From positions 1 through 64,000 of the forward strand of contig JAQGDQ010000236.1 of the NCBI GenBank assembly GCA_030141605.1: a stretch of DNA of 64,000 nt, given 5' to 3'. Position 1 is the stretch's first letter, and every line of letters starts with the position of its first letter. The notes below the pieces were generated by a model, which had not been told where the DNA came from, did not search any database, and saw nothing but the letters and a program-made list of their open reading frames with translations. The position numbers and the translations under genes are program-made. The stretch comes from Tubiluchus corallicola (taxonomy: Eukaryota; Animalia; Priapulida). Positions 14,301-41,700 of the stretch are shown in pieces.

Positions 14301-15365
14301 TGTTAAAGTGATATGTGTTTGTATGTAGTTTTGTTTTACGTAGATCAACACTAGAAGACACCATCCGCTTTTTTGCTCACCAGTAATATTACAGGGTCAA
14401 CCAGAAAACCAATTGCATGCATCTTTGAGGGAAATTTATAACTCTTTGAAAAGAGGAGAAGTCGTGCTACACGGTGATGAGGGTCTCTTTTGCAAACGCA
14501 CGTACCAGGCTGAAGTGTAACGAGTTAATAATGGGGACGTTTTTTCTGGACGACACTGTATATTATATATACGTGTATAATATCGGTATTCGTATTATTT
14601 GTTTATATTTGTAAAATTTTGTTCTGCCGTCGGGCTCTCGCCGGTCACTCAACAACAGAGTGGTTGCAATAACCCCTGAACGGTCAATCAAGGGTTATCG
14701 GTGGGCGAGAGGCCTCGGTTAGAAAACCACATCCTAAAATGAGATTAGTAAATCAAACGTCTAGGACACATTTACCAGCATTGAAAGAGCGGCATGAGAC
14801 CCGACCAAAATCTTGACTAACTTAGTAATTTTGTAAAATTAAAATGCTAATGTTTGAAAGAATCTTTGTAACCGAAAAGAAGAATTAGCTGCCTAAGCAT
14901 AAAACATAAAAATGAATCTACACTTGAGGGTTCATCCCTCACATTGACACCAAAACAGTTGGGAGATAAATCCTGTTTGGTGCTCAAACTCCAGCAAAAA
15001 CTGAACTCAAGGAAACAGAACGTGGCACTTATGTTTGTAGACTTTGCACAGGTGAAATAGGTAAGTATTTAAATTTGAGCCAATCAGAAGGTAGGATTTG
15101 TGAAACTTATGCAGGTGAGGTCATTACATTTTGATTTATAGGGGTGTTTTACTTTAAAGCGATGCTGAAATAACATACAGGCCGCCTATCTGTGTCTTTG
15201 AGTGAGTGAAAGTTTGAACGTAAAACAAGCCGAAGTTCAGCCACCGCAGTAATAATTATAAATTGACACCTAAGAATTTATGCAATAAGAAAACTTACCA
15301 CTAGCTGCTGAACCGGCAAAATAAAATAGGCAAAACACAAAACCTCTTGCTTTTGCATTCATCAT
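9251..15365 (-). CDS. Neurotrophin-family (NGF-like cystine knot) secreted protein, 197 aa, 4 coding exons
   Basis: Exons 15365-15299 (MMNAKARGFVFCLFYFAGSAAS, signal peptide), 13604-13585 (20-nt microexon), 12673-12330 and 9413-9251; all GT-AG with phases 1/0/2. Mature region SVCPSKSEWI..TDVSGNDVMVL..QWFYATWC..PCLGVDHTRYMSRC..YVMAY..RYIKVATACNC matches NGF SVCDS..W..TDIKGKEVMVL..QYFFETKC..CRGID..SYC..FIRIDTACVC, with all six Cys. AATAAA at about 9009-9014. Exons 1-2 are less certain than exons 3-4. Confidence 0.9.
9463..10427. mobile_element. Foldback/MITE-like element with inverted termini built from about 15-bp GGCACAGGTAAAAAT subrepeats (neurotrophin intron 3)
   Basis: GGCACAGGTAAAAATGAC..AAAAATGGTAC at 9478-9510 is mirrored by GTCATTTTTACCTGTACCATTTTTACCTGTGCC at about 10389-10421. 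Confidence 0.65.
11237..11323. repeat. (GT)n/(GCGT)n microsatellite
   Basis: Directly visible. Confidence 0.95.
14392..14558. mobile_element. Tc1/mariner-type MITE
   Basis: TA|CAGGGTCAACCAGAAAA ... TTTTTCTGGACGACACTG|TA: imperfect TIRs with TA on both sides; the internal sequence resembles 126-250 of this window. Confidence 0.7.
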
Positions 15366-15489
15366 AATAAAATACAGTTTTTTGTAACGGAAAGTTCACG
15401 TAACTGGGAGCACTAATGCAAAGACTGAACAAACGGTAAGGTGCGAAACAATCTGGCAAACTGACGCAGGCGTTGATTAAATGTCGGTG

Positions 15490-15500
15490 GCTTTTATAAA
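15490..15500 (-). promoter_or_regulatory. Candidate TATA box of the neurotrophin gene
   Basis: TTTATAAAAG on the - strand about 130 bp upstream of the ATG; CRE/ATF-like TGACATCA nearby at about 15652. Confidence 0.35.
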
Positions 15501-17099
15501 CTGTCTAGTCAATAGTATTAGACTTACAGGAGAAGCAAAGGTTCTGCGCATGATGTAATTTTTTTGGTTTGAAAGGTAATGCCAAAGTGTTTCTGACAAA
15601 TAAACAATTGGCTTAAAACTTCATTAAGAGTGGGCAAGCCAAGCTAGTGATGACATCATAACTGAGTAGCACAGGTAGACCACGAACGTGTTGCGCGTGT
15701 TTACGAAAGCGAAAGTTGAAGTACTCTGCTACTGTTCATAATTTCTTGTTAATGTGATTGTTGCTGGTTTTGTTTGTAATCATGTATTATTAAGATAACG
15801 TTTTAAGTATCATCTAATCTAAAATTGTGTTAAAATCTAATTTGCTGTTGGTGTAACTGACGGAATGCTCAAAAATCAAACCTCAAATTCCGCTTTGGCT
15901 TGCTAACAGTTACTTATTCCAAGAAAATAAATTAAAGCACTTTTGCGCGTACAGATGTGATTACAATAACATTATAAAATAACTAACTTAGCAAACTATG
16001 TAATCATTTTGCTGAGAATTACTTATTTCTAAATTACCATGTAGTGATGCAAATGTTACAAAATTTTACATGTAATAGCATGGAATTACATGAAATAATA
16101 ACATACAAAACTTGCGTGTATTGGCCAGCTCTGGCAATTAAATCTTACAAGCAGGAAACATGAACTGCAGAAAAGGGGTCACAGCATTTGGAGAATCATC
16201 AAACTAGACCAAAAATGAGAAAACTGACAGCCTAGCATCCAAATAGTGTAACAAGCAACTGTCCTACTGCATTCTGCATATGAACAGGCCAACAAATTTA
16301 TATATATAGACTTTATTCATGGCCTAAAAGGTGACACAGACACATGACACTTAAACAATTCATACCCAATCGTTGGTTTAAGATTTTGTTCGCCCATGTC
16401 AGTTCTTTCTTAGTATATTATCGTATTTTAATTTCATTGTTAAATTGGTTGGCATTAATCTCACTTGTAATAATCGTATCATGCTAAGTATCAATTCACT
16501 GTTATTATATGTTAAAATCTAGTTTGTAGCTGGTTTAAGATTTTGCCTTCACCAATAGGTCTATCACTTCTTTTTATAGTATAGTAAATATCAATGTTAC
16601 GATGTATTAGTACAGTTGTTGTATTTGTGGAAAACGATAGTTAGTTTAGTGTTCTTGTTTTTCAATAAATATCTAAGAAAATGTAATGTGAAAAATCGCA
16701 AAAAAACTGAATGGTTAAAATGTGCCTGGATACCTACACACAGTCAACACAGCAACTGCTTGTATACGTTAGTCATGGTTTTATACCAGTAAGGCCGCTT
16801 GAAAACTTTAGTCAATAAAAACGTTTATACAAATGTTTTTGTCATATAAATATGTTTTAAACGTAGTTATTTTTGTTAAGATAAGACCCTCTTTATGCTA
16901 CAGTTTATCTGCTTCTCTAAATGTAACATTCTCGGCAAAGTGCCTCGCACTAAAGCGAAACCTAAATAACCACAGTATTCATAAAAATGAAAACATTTGC
17001 AAAATAGAAAAACAGTGATTATTGATATCCCAACAAAAATTTTCGAAGATTGTGCTAGTAGTATTGTAACACCGCACCTTGCATACAAATTTTGGTACA

Positions 17100-17880
17100 T
17101 TCAGAATTTCCCGAAATTTGTAAACTACTGTAGCTAATGTTACATGTAAAAATGATGAGAAAAACAACCCCAAAAAACTGCAGACCTGTTTCAGTAGTAC
17201 ATGGACTAAGCAAAGTTTTTGAAAGAATAATGTGCAAACAAATAAATAATTATGTTGAAAACAATAAACTTCTTGCAAATAGTCAGTTCGGCTTCAGAAA
17301 ACATTATTCTACTATATCGACGCAATTATTAACGCCTCGGAAAATTGGCGATACAACTGAGACAATAATGAGTATGTCATGGCTGCTTTTTTAGATCGTA
17401 ATAAAGTATTTGATTCTGTTAACCACGACCTAATAATCAAAAACTTGCGTCACTTAGGCTTTGATACACGTCTCTTAAGCTAATACAAAAATATTTTCAA
17501 TACAGAAAACAAAGGGTAAAACTAAATAAAACTATATTCAACGAGAATACACTAATAAGAGGCATACCACAAGAGATAATACTGGGACCTCTGTTGTTCT
17601 GCCTTTATGTGAATAAAATTGCACTGTTTTGCAGAATTCTGGTATAACACAATATGCAGACGATACAACTATTTATGCAACACACAAAAATCCAATAACA
17701 GCTAAACATAAACTACAACACGATATAGAAAACATCACTTCTGCCTTTAATCATCATGGTCTAAAATGAATAGTGCAAAAACTGAATTCATGGTTTTCTC
17801 ACTCTTTACTAATCCATGAACAGATATTTCGTTAAAAGTAGGTAAAAATATTATAGAACAAGTAGACACTGTCACATTTA
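17100..17880 (+). mobile_element. Decayed CR1/L2-like LINE reverse transcriptase fragment
   Basis: NCRPVSVVHGLSKVFERIM..SQFGFRKHYST, AAFLD..FDSVNHD, GIPQ..ILGPLLF..YVN and QYADDTTIY (about 17650), with frameshifts. Confidence 0.9.
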
Positions 17881-20217
17881 AAGATTATTCACATTGAAGC
17901 GGCTTATTGCGGAGCCCAGCTTGTAAACTAGGGAGATACAGATTTACATCACAACACGTATTTCGTGGATTGAGGTCGTGTGGGGACCCATCATTGCCCG
18001 ATCGACCCGTTAGTCGGGTAATTAATCAATTGCCTCATAGCGATTGTACTGATTTTAATTGTTGAGGGTAACACTACACCACAAGACCACACAATACCAC
18101 ACCCACCACAACGAGCACACCATGCCACCCGCTCGTACAACACACACCAAAATACCCATACCACACTGACCACAACATTACACCACCTACACCATATGAC
18201 CCACACCACATCATGCCACACCCACCACCCAGGACACAGTACACTACAATCACAGTTTAAACAATAGTATTACAAATATTCCCAGTCGGCACCTTTAAAC
18301 ATTTCTTACGCGCATGCGTCACGCGCGCCGTGTTGCCAGCCCGTAGAATACTCCAGTTGCTTGTGCACTTCCCAAAAAAAGCCACAATTCCTTCAGTGTA
18401 GTAGGTCTACTGTACACATCACACGAAGTATTCAAATATGTATGCTGCACACTATGTGTGAGTTGAGCCTTACAGTAAGAGAATTGCTACACTGATACTA
18501 GAACTTACTCTTATACAAACATTGATGTAGAGTTATTTTAATTTAGCTATGCTGAAAACTAGTTGGAGTGAAACAAAATTAATAAAAGAATTCCAATACG
18601 TTAGCATTTATATAACTTATTACTTTAATAAGATCAAAAATCAAGGAAGCAATGACACTTTTTAGCAAGGCACAGTATAATGAGCAATTTTTCGATTTTT
18701 AAACTTTAGTGTATAATACAGCCTTCATTTCCATGAAAAATGTCACTAAAAATTTTTGAGGGAATGCTGAACAACTGCTAGGCAGTTGGTCACATTTGTG
18801 TTTCTGATAATTTTTTGACTTGGTTAAGGTTCTATATTATTGTTATGGTTCTATATAACGTGGAATAATCTGCTTTAAAACGTTAAAAAAATTATTATTT
18901 TCAAGTTTTAAAAATAGTAGGATATTCTTTAATATACCTATGCTTAATAACACGTTTGAAGGAACATTTATTACATGTTATCTGTATATTGTACTTTATT
19001 TTGGCTTTATAAGCTTCTGACATTTATCAACTACTGAAATATATTTATTGCTCAGATGTTTGTTAAATAACCTCAATAATTACGTCCACGTGTTTATTGT
19101 TTACTATAAGTTCCATTTTCATACGCGACATAAAGGGAATCGAAAATTTCCTAATTGAAGTTGTCTCAAACAGTGTTTAGTAGAATTAAATGTTTAGTTG
19201 CACTACAAACATGACTGTGGTGTTAACTGCTCCATGCACACGTAGTTAATACTATAATTAAACTGCTTCATTAAATTTTAGTCAAGGTTAAAGGATCACC
19301 AGACTACCGGGTAATGGACCATAGATCAAAGAACCACGGGTCAATGGACTACCAGACAAAGGACAACCGGTCAAAAGACCCGTGAAACCTACAGGACTAC
19401 AAATGAAAACTGCTGGGGTCCTAAATAGGATCATCATTTTCTTTAGCATTTATTGTTTATCTGTTGCTGCAGCTGCGCTCATAGTAACTGTCGTCACCAC
19501 CATTAAAGAGGCGTTTTCTTGGGCGTTGTCCGAGAGCCCAAGGCTCAAAAGACTTGCTTGGTTCGATCAGTCTGATAACCAGGTTTTACAGTAACCAGTG
19601 AAACAACACAACACGTAAAAGTTTTCAGAAAGTTTTTATTGATTGTGCAATTCATCCTAATTATAATAAGGAAATCAAAAGAACAAGTCTAGCGGTTAAG
19701 CCAAAATGTTGTTAGGAACTCATATTACACTTATGGAATGGTTCACAAATGGAACTGAATACTTCACTTATATATTGGCATTGCCCAAAAAAGGAACTGC
19801 ACTTAAATCATTGATTAATGGTTGAGTATTTTAGCTTGGTATAAAACAGACTGTGATTAATGTCGTAGTATATGGTAAAATTGCTCTTTCTTGGTGAAAT
19901 ACTTTAATTTACCTTAAACATAGAATAATAGAAGCCAAAAATGATACGAGGTTGTTATGACATAAAATTTCCGTCTCTATTTCTCCTTTTATTCAAGGAC
20001 AGCTCTTCTTTCGAAGGATAGTAACTAAAGCTAAAGTTTATAGCCTACATTCCAAATTAATAACTCTACACTAGACATAACTGTTTGTAGCCTAAAGTTC
20101 TAATGTACATTGAAGTAGTCGTTAGCTCTGTTAAGTGTTAATACTGAAGGGCTGTAAAACATCTAGCCAACTGATAGTCACAGGATATTTCCGGGTCGTC
20201 CATCCTCTGTCTCCTTT

Positions 20218-34657
<14,440 letters not shown>

Positions 34658-36695
34658 TGTGTCTGATGGTTACTAAAAGAACAAATGTATTTTTATTAGT
34701 TACTGACTGGCACTTTCAGACTATGGCTAGCAACTTTATTGTGAGCTGATATGCCAAATATTTATCTTACTTATATTAACGATCAATTGTAAAATAGTGG
34801 CAGATTGGTGATGATTAGACAAAGACAAAAGCCTAAACTCTGAAATTCTAGTTTACATATTTCATTATCAACGAAGCTTATAATTAATTGAAGACTGTGA
34901 CACGTGACAATAAGTCCTACCTACAGACTCTATACTGCTCCCTGCACAACTAGTCTGCAAAACACGAATGCATTTCCATCTTCCTTGATTTTATTGACAG
35001 TTTTAAAATCATTGATTATAATGACGATCTATAATTTTCACAGAATCCTTGTTGCTTCGTCGTTGTCATTTTATTACAATATATGTAAACTAACATTGTA
35101 ACTTATGAACAGAAGGGTATAGACTCAGACCGACTGCAAATTCCATTTTTGAACTGCCAGGTAACGTTTAGAAGTGTAAACTCGTTGATCTCTAGCTTGC
35201 CGAAAGAATTTCCTCTGGGAGAAGTTGCATAGATGAACGAACTTTCGTATCAAGTTTCACGTTTTTTTTTCAAAAAAGTTTACCAAAGACGCAAGCTGGT
35301 ACGCTAATACTACTTGGACGGTTAATAAAAATTGTTGAACCGAGCACCTTGAACGAATGCTTGCAAGTTAAAGGCAAGGTACGATATTAATCATGTCAAA
35401 CTTCGTATTGCAAAAAAGTTCGATGAATGAAATTATGACTAGTAAATATAGGCCATATTGAGAGTAGGCCATTTAGCGGCCTTACAAACTTATATAGCAA
35501 AAATTTCAATCCTATTATAACAACAGAGCTACACTTGAAGAATTCTGCACCACATACACTGAGCTTTCCAGGCTAATTTATGCATATCTGTAAGTAATTT
35601 GTTTATCTTGCCGTCAGTATTCCGTTGATATCGATTATTTGTATTGTTATCTAGGCCTTACTGCATCTTGGAAAACTGCCCTAAAGGTTACATTGTGGCA
35701 ATGGAATATTTCACTTTTCTCCTTTTTACTGTCCTCTTTTGTTTATTTTTTTTAATTTCTTAATTATACGAGTTCAGCTCAAACGACCAACTCCCATAGC
35801 TTAACCACAGTTTGTGCACCCATATTACAAGAAATGCAACAACCAAGGTTGATGATAATAACTTTTGTCATAGACAAAACTGAGGTGTTTTGGGAAGGGT
35901 GTTTTGCCGATAATGAACATTTAAATAATTATTTTGAGCTAACTAAACATGGTCAATATAGAGTAGCCGTTTTCTTTCGTAATACACATTCTCAGAGCAT
36001 TTGCAAAACTGTTCAGTGCAGTATACAGCGTAGATCAGGACATAAATTTGAAACCAAATATGCTAGTCGGGGTGATGGTCTACTATATTTAACCATGATT
36101 CCAGGATGGAACGATCTAATAAATTTATGCGCGATGAAGCGAGGTCTTTATTTGCTTTCTAGGTCAGTCAGGGCGAGTCCAGACATGGGTAGCTCATTTC
36201 GAATACAGTTCGTGAATGTAAGCCTCAGTAAGAAACCATTAAAACGTACGACTTTAAGGAGAATGACAGGTAAATGATTATAATCAAACTTATATATGCC
36301 TACATAATTTTGTTTAATTTGTTTTTTTAATTTTGTTTACTAACATTCAGTTTAGCAGTGGCGTCTTTTTACTGTTATGTGAAATTAGCTATGTAAACAA
36401 CTTGCTGTGTGATATAATTATGCTGTGTAGCGAACATTAATGGGGTATGTATGTACCTATAGTACCGTAAACCTACATGTTGATTTTGTAATAGCATGTA
36501 TATACACAATACATATACATATATACATTAACTGCTCCAGCCTATAGTTAACATATCTTCGAGAAAAATCCACAAAACTTCAGATGCACAAATCTACAAA
36601 ACTCAAAAAGGCTGACCTGTTTAATTCTCACAAAGAATCCGTGTTATTTATTAGTAGCTATGACAAACGTAAAAAATAAACAAGTCACTACTCAC

Positions 36696-36915
36696 CAAAG
36701 TTGTCTGTTCAGGTATAGGGCGTAGGTCGCACAAAATATGCAGCTATGTGTTTACTCTGTTCTGGGGATCTAGGTGTTGCACACAAAATATGCGCACATG
36801 CATAGCCAGATTTAGTTTCTAAAAATCCCCTTTCGAACACGTTGGCCTGGACAATCTCAAGGTCGCCGTCAATGCGAAAGTGAAAAAACTAGGACAGCAG
36901 TAGCTTTGTAGTGTA
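36696..36915 (-). other. Candidate non-coding first exon of the ACAD-reductase gene
   Basis: Strong donor TTTG|GTGAGT at 36696/36695; the first coding exon has an acceptor (TCTTTTAG) 15 nt before its ATG; TATATAAG just upstream (about 36945-36952). Confidence 0.4.
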
Positions 36916-36944
36916 AAGTCTAATGCGCGTGCGCGCGTGTGTTG

Positions 36945-36946
<2 letters not shown>

Positions 36947-36979
<33 letters not shown>

Positions 36980-37613
36980 ATCTTTATTTGCCATTAAAAA
37001 CATTGATAATCACTGATAAAAACTTTACAGAGATAATCAATCAGTGTTAGTTAATAAAAACTTACACTGCTGAAGGCAAATGCGTCTGTGCAATCTAAAC
37101 TACTGTGCAGTAATGGAAAGTAACGACGAATAAAATCAAACATATTTACAACTATGCACAAAAAATGAAAAAACTATGATTTAATTAATATGGCCGTGGA
37201 TATATGAATTCTGAATTAGTGTGTATGTTGTCGTACTGGTGTGATGGTATTTCATATCTGGTTAATATTAGTGATTTTAATTTTGTTTTAAATGCTGATA
37301 GGGACTTGATTTGTTTAACCTGTAATGGTAGAGAATTCCAAAGTAAAATTGCTTGTTTGATTACAGAGTTCGTTCCATAGTGGGTATTTGTCCTAATTTG
37401 TTTTAGATTGCTTGCTCTGTAAGCGATAGGATTAGGAAAAAAGGTAAATGTGTTATTCTGGAATGGTTTGCTAATGTTGTTAATGTATTTAAATATAAAA
37501 AGCAGAGTAAAATATTCTTTGTGTGCTTCAATGAATGGGAATTTTAAAGTTTTTCTCAGGTTAGTTGTTGAAGCTTTGAATTTTTGTCTACCTGCCTAAT
37601 GTTTGTATGAGTA
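36947..37613 (-). mobile_element. 5'-truncated CR1/L2-like LINE, copy A, with (TA)n tail
   Basis: Near-identical to 47437-48135; encodes LWNSLPLQVKQIKSLSAFKTKLK; AATAAA followed by (TA)n. Confidence 0.88.
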
Positions 37614-38509
37614 TGACAAGATTATTGTGTACTTGTATGCCCAGGAATTTAAGGTCTTCTATTGACACAGGAACTAGATCTTGCGTCACTTTTCAAGCTT
37701 TTTTTCTTCTTGACTCTCATAGTTATTTATATAATCCTTTATTCTCCTGCTAACAATTCACTCAGTGCCTAGTTAGGCATGCAAGCTACGGTCACAAAAT
37801 TCGGCGGGGGAAGATATCAGTATGGGTGCCTCTGACCTCTGCTCAAGAGCTAAAAGGAAGTGCGGGGTGGTCTGTTTTTCGATTAGGTCGCAAATCCTCC
37901 TGGGGCTTCAGTTATTTTTCAATTTTTTCATTTAACATTGTGGTATAGTTATGCGTCTCGGTTTTTAAAAATGCAGGGAAGCTATAAATGTCCGAGAGGA
38001 GCAAAATGCAAAAAACGGGCTTACCTATTTTTTTCTGATTTTTTACCCGCAAAGTACACGAACTCACAAGGCGAAGACGTCAGGTAACAATTTTTATTTG
38101 TGGCTAGGGGCTAAGTGAGGTCGAGATATTGTGCATCCTGAACATGTGTCATTTGGGTAGTGGCAAAAATTTCCGCTAGGCGGCAAATTTGTGAATTCAT
38201 CGTGAAGTGCATTTCCTATGTAATCAAGCAATGCGAATCCAAGTAAAATCAAAATTATAACTTTGGTCTTCATTGAAAAGGCTGACGTCTTTTCAAGGCC
38301 TAATTCTACAACTGGTTTTTGCAAAATCTACAGTTTCTGAGCACGCCAGAACTATTATCAACTTGTTTATATTTCAGTAAATGGTTCTTTTGTAAATGCT
38401 GTAATTGTAATTCTCATGTTTCGAAACTTTGAGTTTAGTTTCCCTGGTTGGATTGATGTTTTAATTATTTGGAAAAGCATTAAACGGTGAAAATGAAATA
38501 TCTAAAAGT

Positions 38510-38750
38510 TGTATCAATGTGTTTATTGGATTGATTGTTTTGGGTCCTTTTAAAGTGTTTATTGTATTGATTGTGTTGGGTCGATTTAAAATGTTTATTG
38601 TATTGATTGTATTGAGTCGACTTTGTGTTTATTGTATTGATTGTATTAGGTCGATTTAAAATGTTTATTGTCATGATTGTATTGAGTACTTTGTGTTTAC
38701 TGTATTGATTGTATTGGATCGATATAAAGTGTTTGTTGTATCGATTAGTT
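38510..38750. repeat. Degenerate 33-36-bp tandem repeat, about 7 copies
   Basis: TGTTTATTGTATTGATTGT(G/A)TTG(G/A)GTCGA repeated. Confidence 0.8.
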
Positions 38751-41700
38751 CGTTTTTGTCCAATTGTAAATTTAAGAGAAAGAAATAATATAAAACAACA
38801 ACAACACACGACTAAATGCCATAGTAAATACCTCATATTTATGATAACAAGAATGAGTCAAGAAAATCGACTTCAACTACAACAGTTAATAAACAACGCT
38901 ACATTGTCGTAAGTATTGCGACGTCTTTAATAAGACGTCGAGAGAATTATATTTTAACCTAACATTTTGACTATATCTTAATCGTTTTACTAACGATAAC
39001 TTTTTAACTGCAGTTAGATGCACTTAAGTGGAAATGGAAGGTATAGAGGGTATGTTATCAATTTTAATGGGAAAAATTTCATTTATATTTCAGTAGGGAA
39101 AAATTGTTTTCACATAATGCAAAAACATATTGTCGCATAATGTAATTAATTTAAAATACAATGTGTAGAAATATATATAAAGTATATACATATACTTTAT
39201 TTGCCATAAAATGATTTACAATAAAATCACAATCTTCGGTAATCACTATTAAAGGCAAATGCGTCTGGTGAAAACTATGAACCACTAGTACATAAAAATT
39301 AAAACTAAAAGCAACTACACACATAGTTATAATATGTTCACAGTACTACACATAGGCACGATATGATAAGTAAAGTACATAATAATAAACGTAAGATCAA
39401 ATTTATATCAATTTATTACAATAGACACGTAATACGTAACACAATACATAAGTATAGCACAATAAGTCAAACACATAATCCACGTAAGACAAAATTTTCA
39501 TCAATTATCACATAATACACATTAGATTCGTATATAATACGGTTCGGCCGTCTGGTTCTAGCCGCCAGGATCTTAGCAATCACTTTTGGACGGTTTGAAC
39601 CGGTGCTATCGGTGGGCGAGAGGCCACACATAGTATAATTTTGTATGAAAATTTCTTTTAGACATACTTTGAAATTTCCTTTTCTTCCCCTTTAAAGATA
39701 TTCAATACAGTATGTAGTTGTACTTCCACACTGTAGTGCACAGTTACAGCAAAAGAGAAAAAAGTTTGTTGTTTAAATTCGTGTTGCCTTCGAGTTCTGA
39801 CATCATGTTTGTGGTTTCCTTGCACGATTTATACGACATTCAATTTTGTGAATATAAAAAACGAATTGGGTTGAATTGAATTGAATTTTAAATCTTTCTT
39901 TTTGTTTTAGTGGTGATGTTTTCCATATACCAGCAACATTGTCTGGAAGGCGAGAAAAATAAAAAGAAACAATCGTGTATATCAATAATGTATTATTAAG
40001 AAACAATAATGAGAGCATTATCCACTTATCTTGGTGTGTAAATGCTAACAATTGACGTTATATATATTTGCTGTATGCTGATATCAATATAATTTTAATG
40101 CATTATGAAAAATAGTTGAATTCATTACTACTGTATATCATATTATATACATGTATTATGGAAACAATATTATTGCTGTCACATATATACTGGAAAAAGC
40201 TTTCTGTTGATACTATTTCAATGTTGCCGCCTGGTTTCATACAAATACTTTATCTTATCATAGTTTTGCTTGACCTTAGCAGACAGATAAGCTATTTCAT
40301 TACGGTTTTGCTTTACCTTACTAGAGAAAACGCGCATGAGCTGAGATGTTTGCTTGGCGTTATAAATTATGAAGTCCAAAAGAGTGCTGAACTGTGCTTC
40401 AGTCAATGCACAGACTGTTTCTGTTGTCGGTTCTGTAGCAGTTAAACAGGTAGAAGCATCTAGTTGAAGACCTACAAGCATCATCTTAGCTACATCTACA
40501 AGCCACGTAAAGGCATATGATCCTTCAGGTACACAGGACGTCATTAATGTGGCTGGAAATGAAAGCTTTTTAAGTAAACTGTTCCAGTTGTGCCATAATG
40601 CGTAAAAAATGAAATTTCTGCTAACACGTGAGGCGTGATACTGTTCTGTACTAGACTTTCTGAATTAGAGATTCAAATTTTAAGATCAGAAAAACTATGA
40701 ACTGTTTTCACTACTAAAATGATATGTGGCGACATTAACAAAAATTTTAACTTGTACAAATGCGATGTTCTTGTAACATAAACAATTCGAACGTTCTCTT
40801 ATTTCACACTAAATGCAAACGGCAGAGAAAAGAGAGGATCAATAAAAATAACCAATGGAACACAGGAGTAGAAATAAACAGCTGAACGCAGACGACAACA
40901 GGAAGTTATAGTTAAACAGGAAAAGCGGAGAGATTTCGTTTTCGAGTAAAAAGATTTTAGTTGAAATCATACTTACCTATAGTGCTGTCATCAAGAATGC
41001 TGTTGTCTACTATGATGCCAGTAACCATTCCTGAGAAGCTGTACTCGCCTGGATCATCATGGTCTTGCCCAATTAGAAATGCCCCACCCCCTGGTATTGG
41101 TCCCGGATTGGAGTTAAAGAATCCAGCTAAATTTGAAAAAATTGAACGTTAACATTGCACATCTGAACGCATACAAGGTCAGGTGATCAGCATGAACAGA
41201 AGTGCCTATGCAACAAACCAATCAGAAGTTTCCCTCTAGGCTCTGGTCAAAGATACAACTCGCATTATGTATAATTAAAAATTTTATATGGAGTAACTCA
41301 GTACATTCTTTATTTTGTGTTCCAAACCTAATAAGTAACCTAGCAATTCTGACCTAAAATCTTTGATCTTAACATTGTCTTTAACATGTATATATTAATT
41401 AGTTTTATGTGAGCCTAAAATAATGCATTCTGATTTTCATTTTATTTTATTCCACAGCGTATGTAAACAATGTACTGCTTTTGGATCCTGACAAAGTGTA
41501 AGATCACTAAAGCTCGGCCTGTTGTTGTTGCCGATGGTGGTGTTGCACATTTATCTTTAAAAACTATCACAGGCCACACTTGTCATCGTAGGAGGCTGAA
41601 CTTTACATGAAGATAATATGACAACGCTAAACGCTTCTCATGATTTTCTCATGGAAACTATTAACTTTTACAAGAAATGAGCAGTAGGATGTGCTGGATC

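Noticed and set aside
35834-36277. 147-aa ORF
   Set aside because: No recognisable motif or exon partners; lies antisense within the probable first intron
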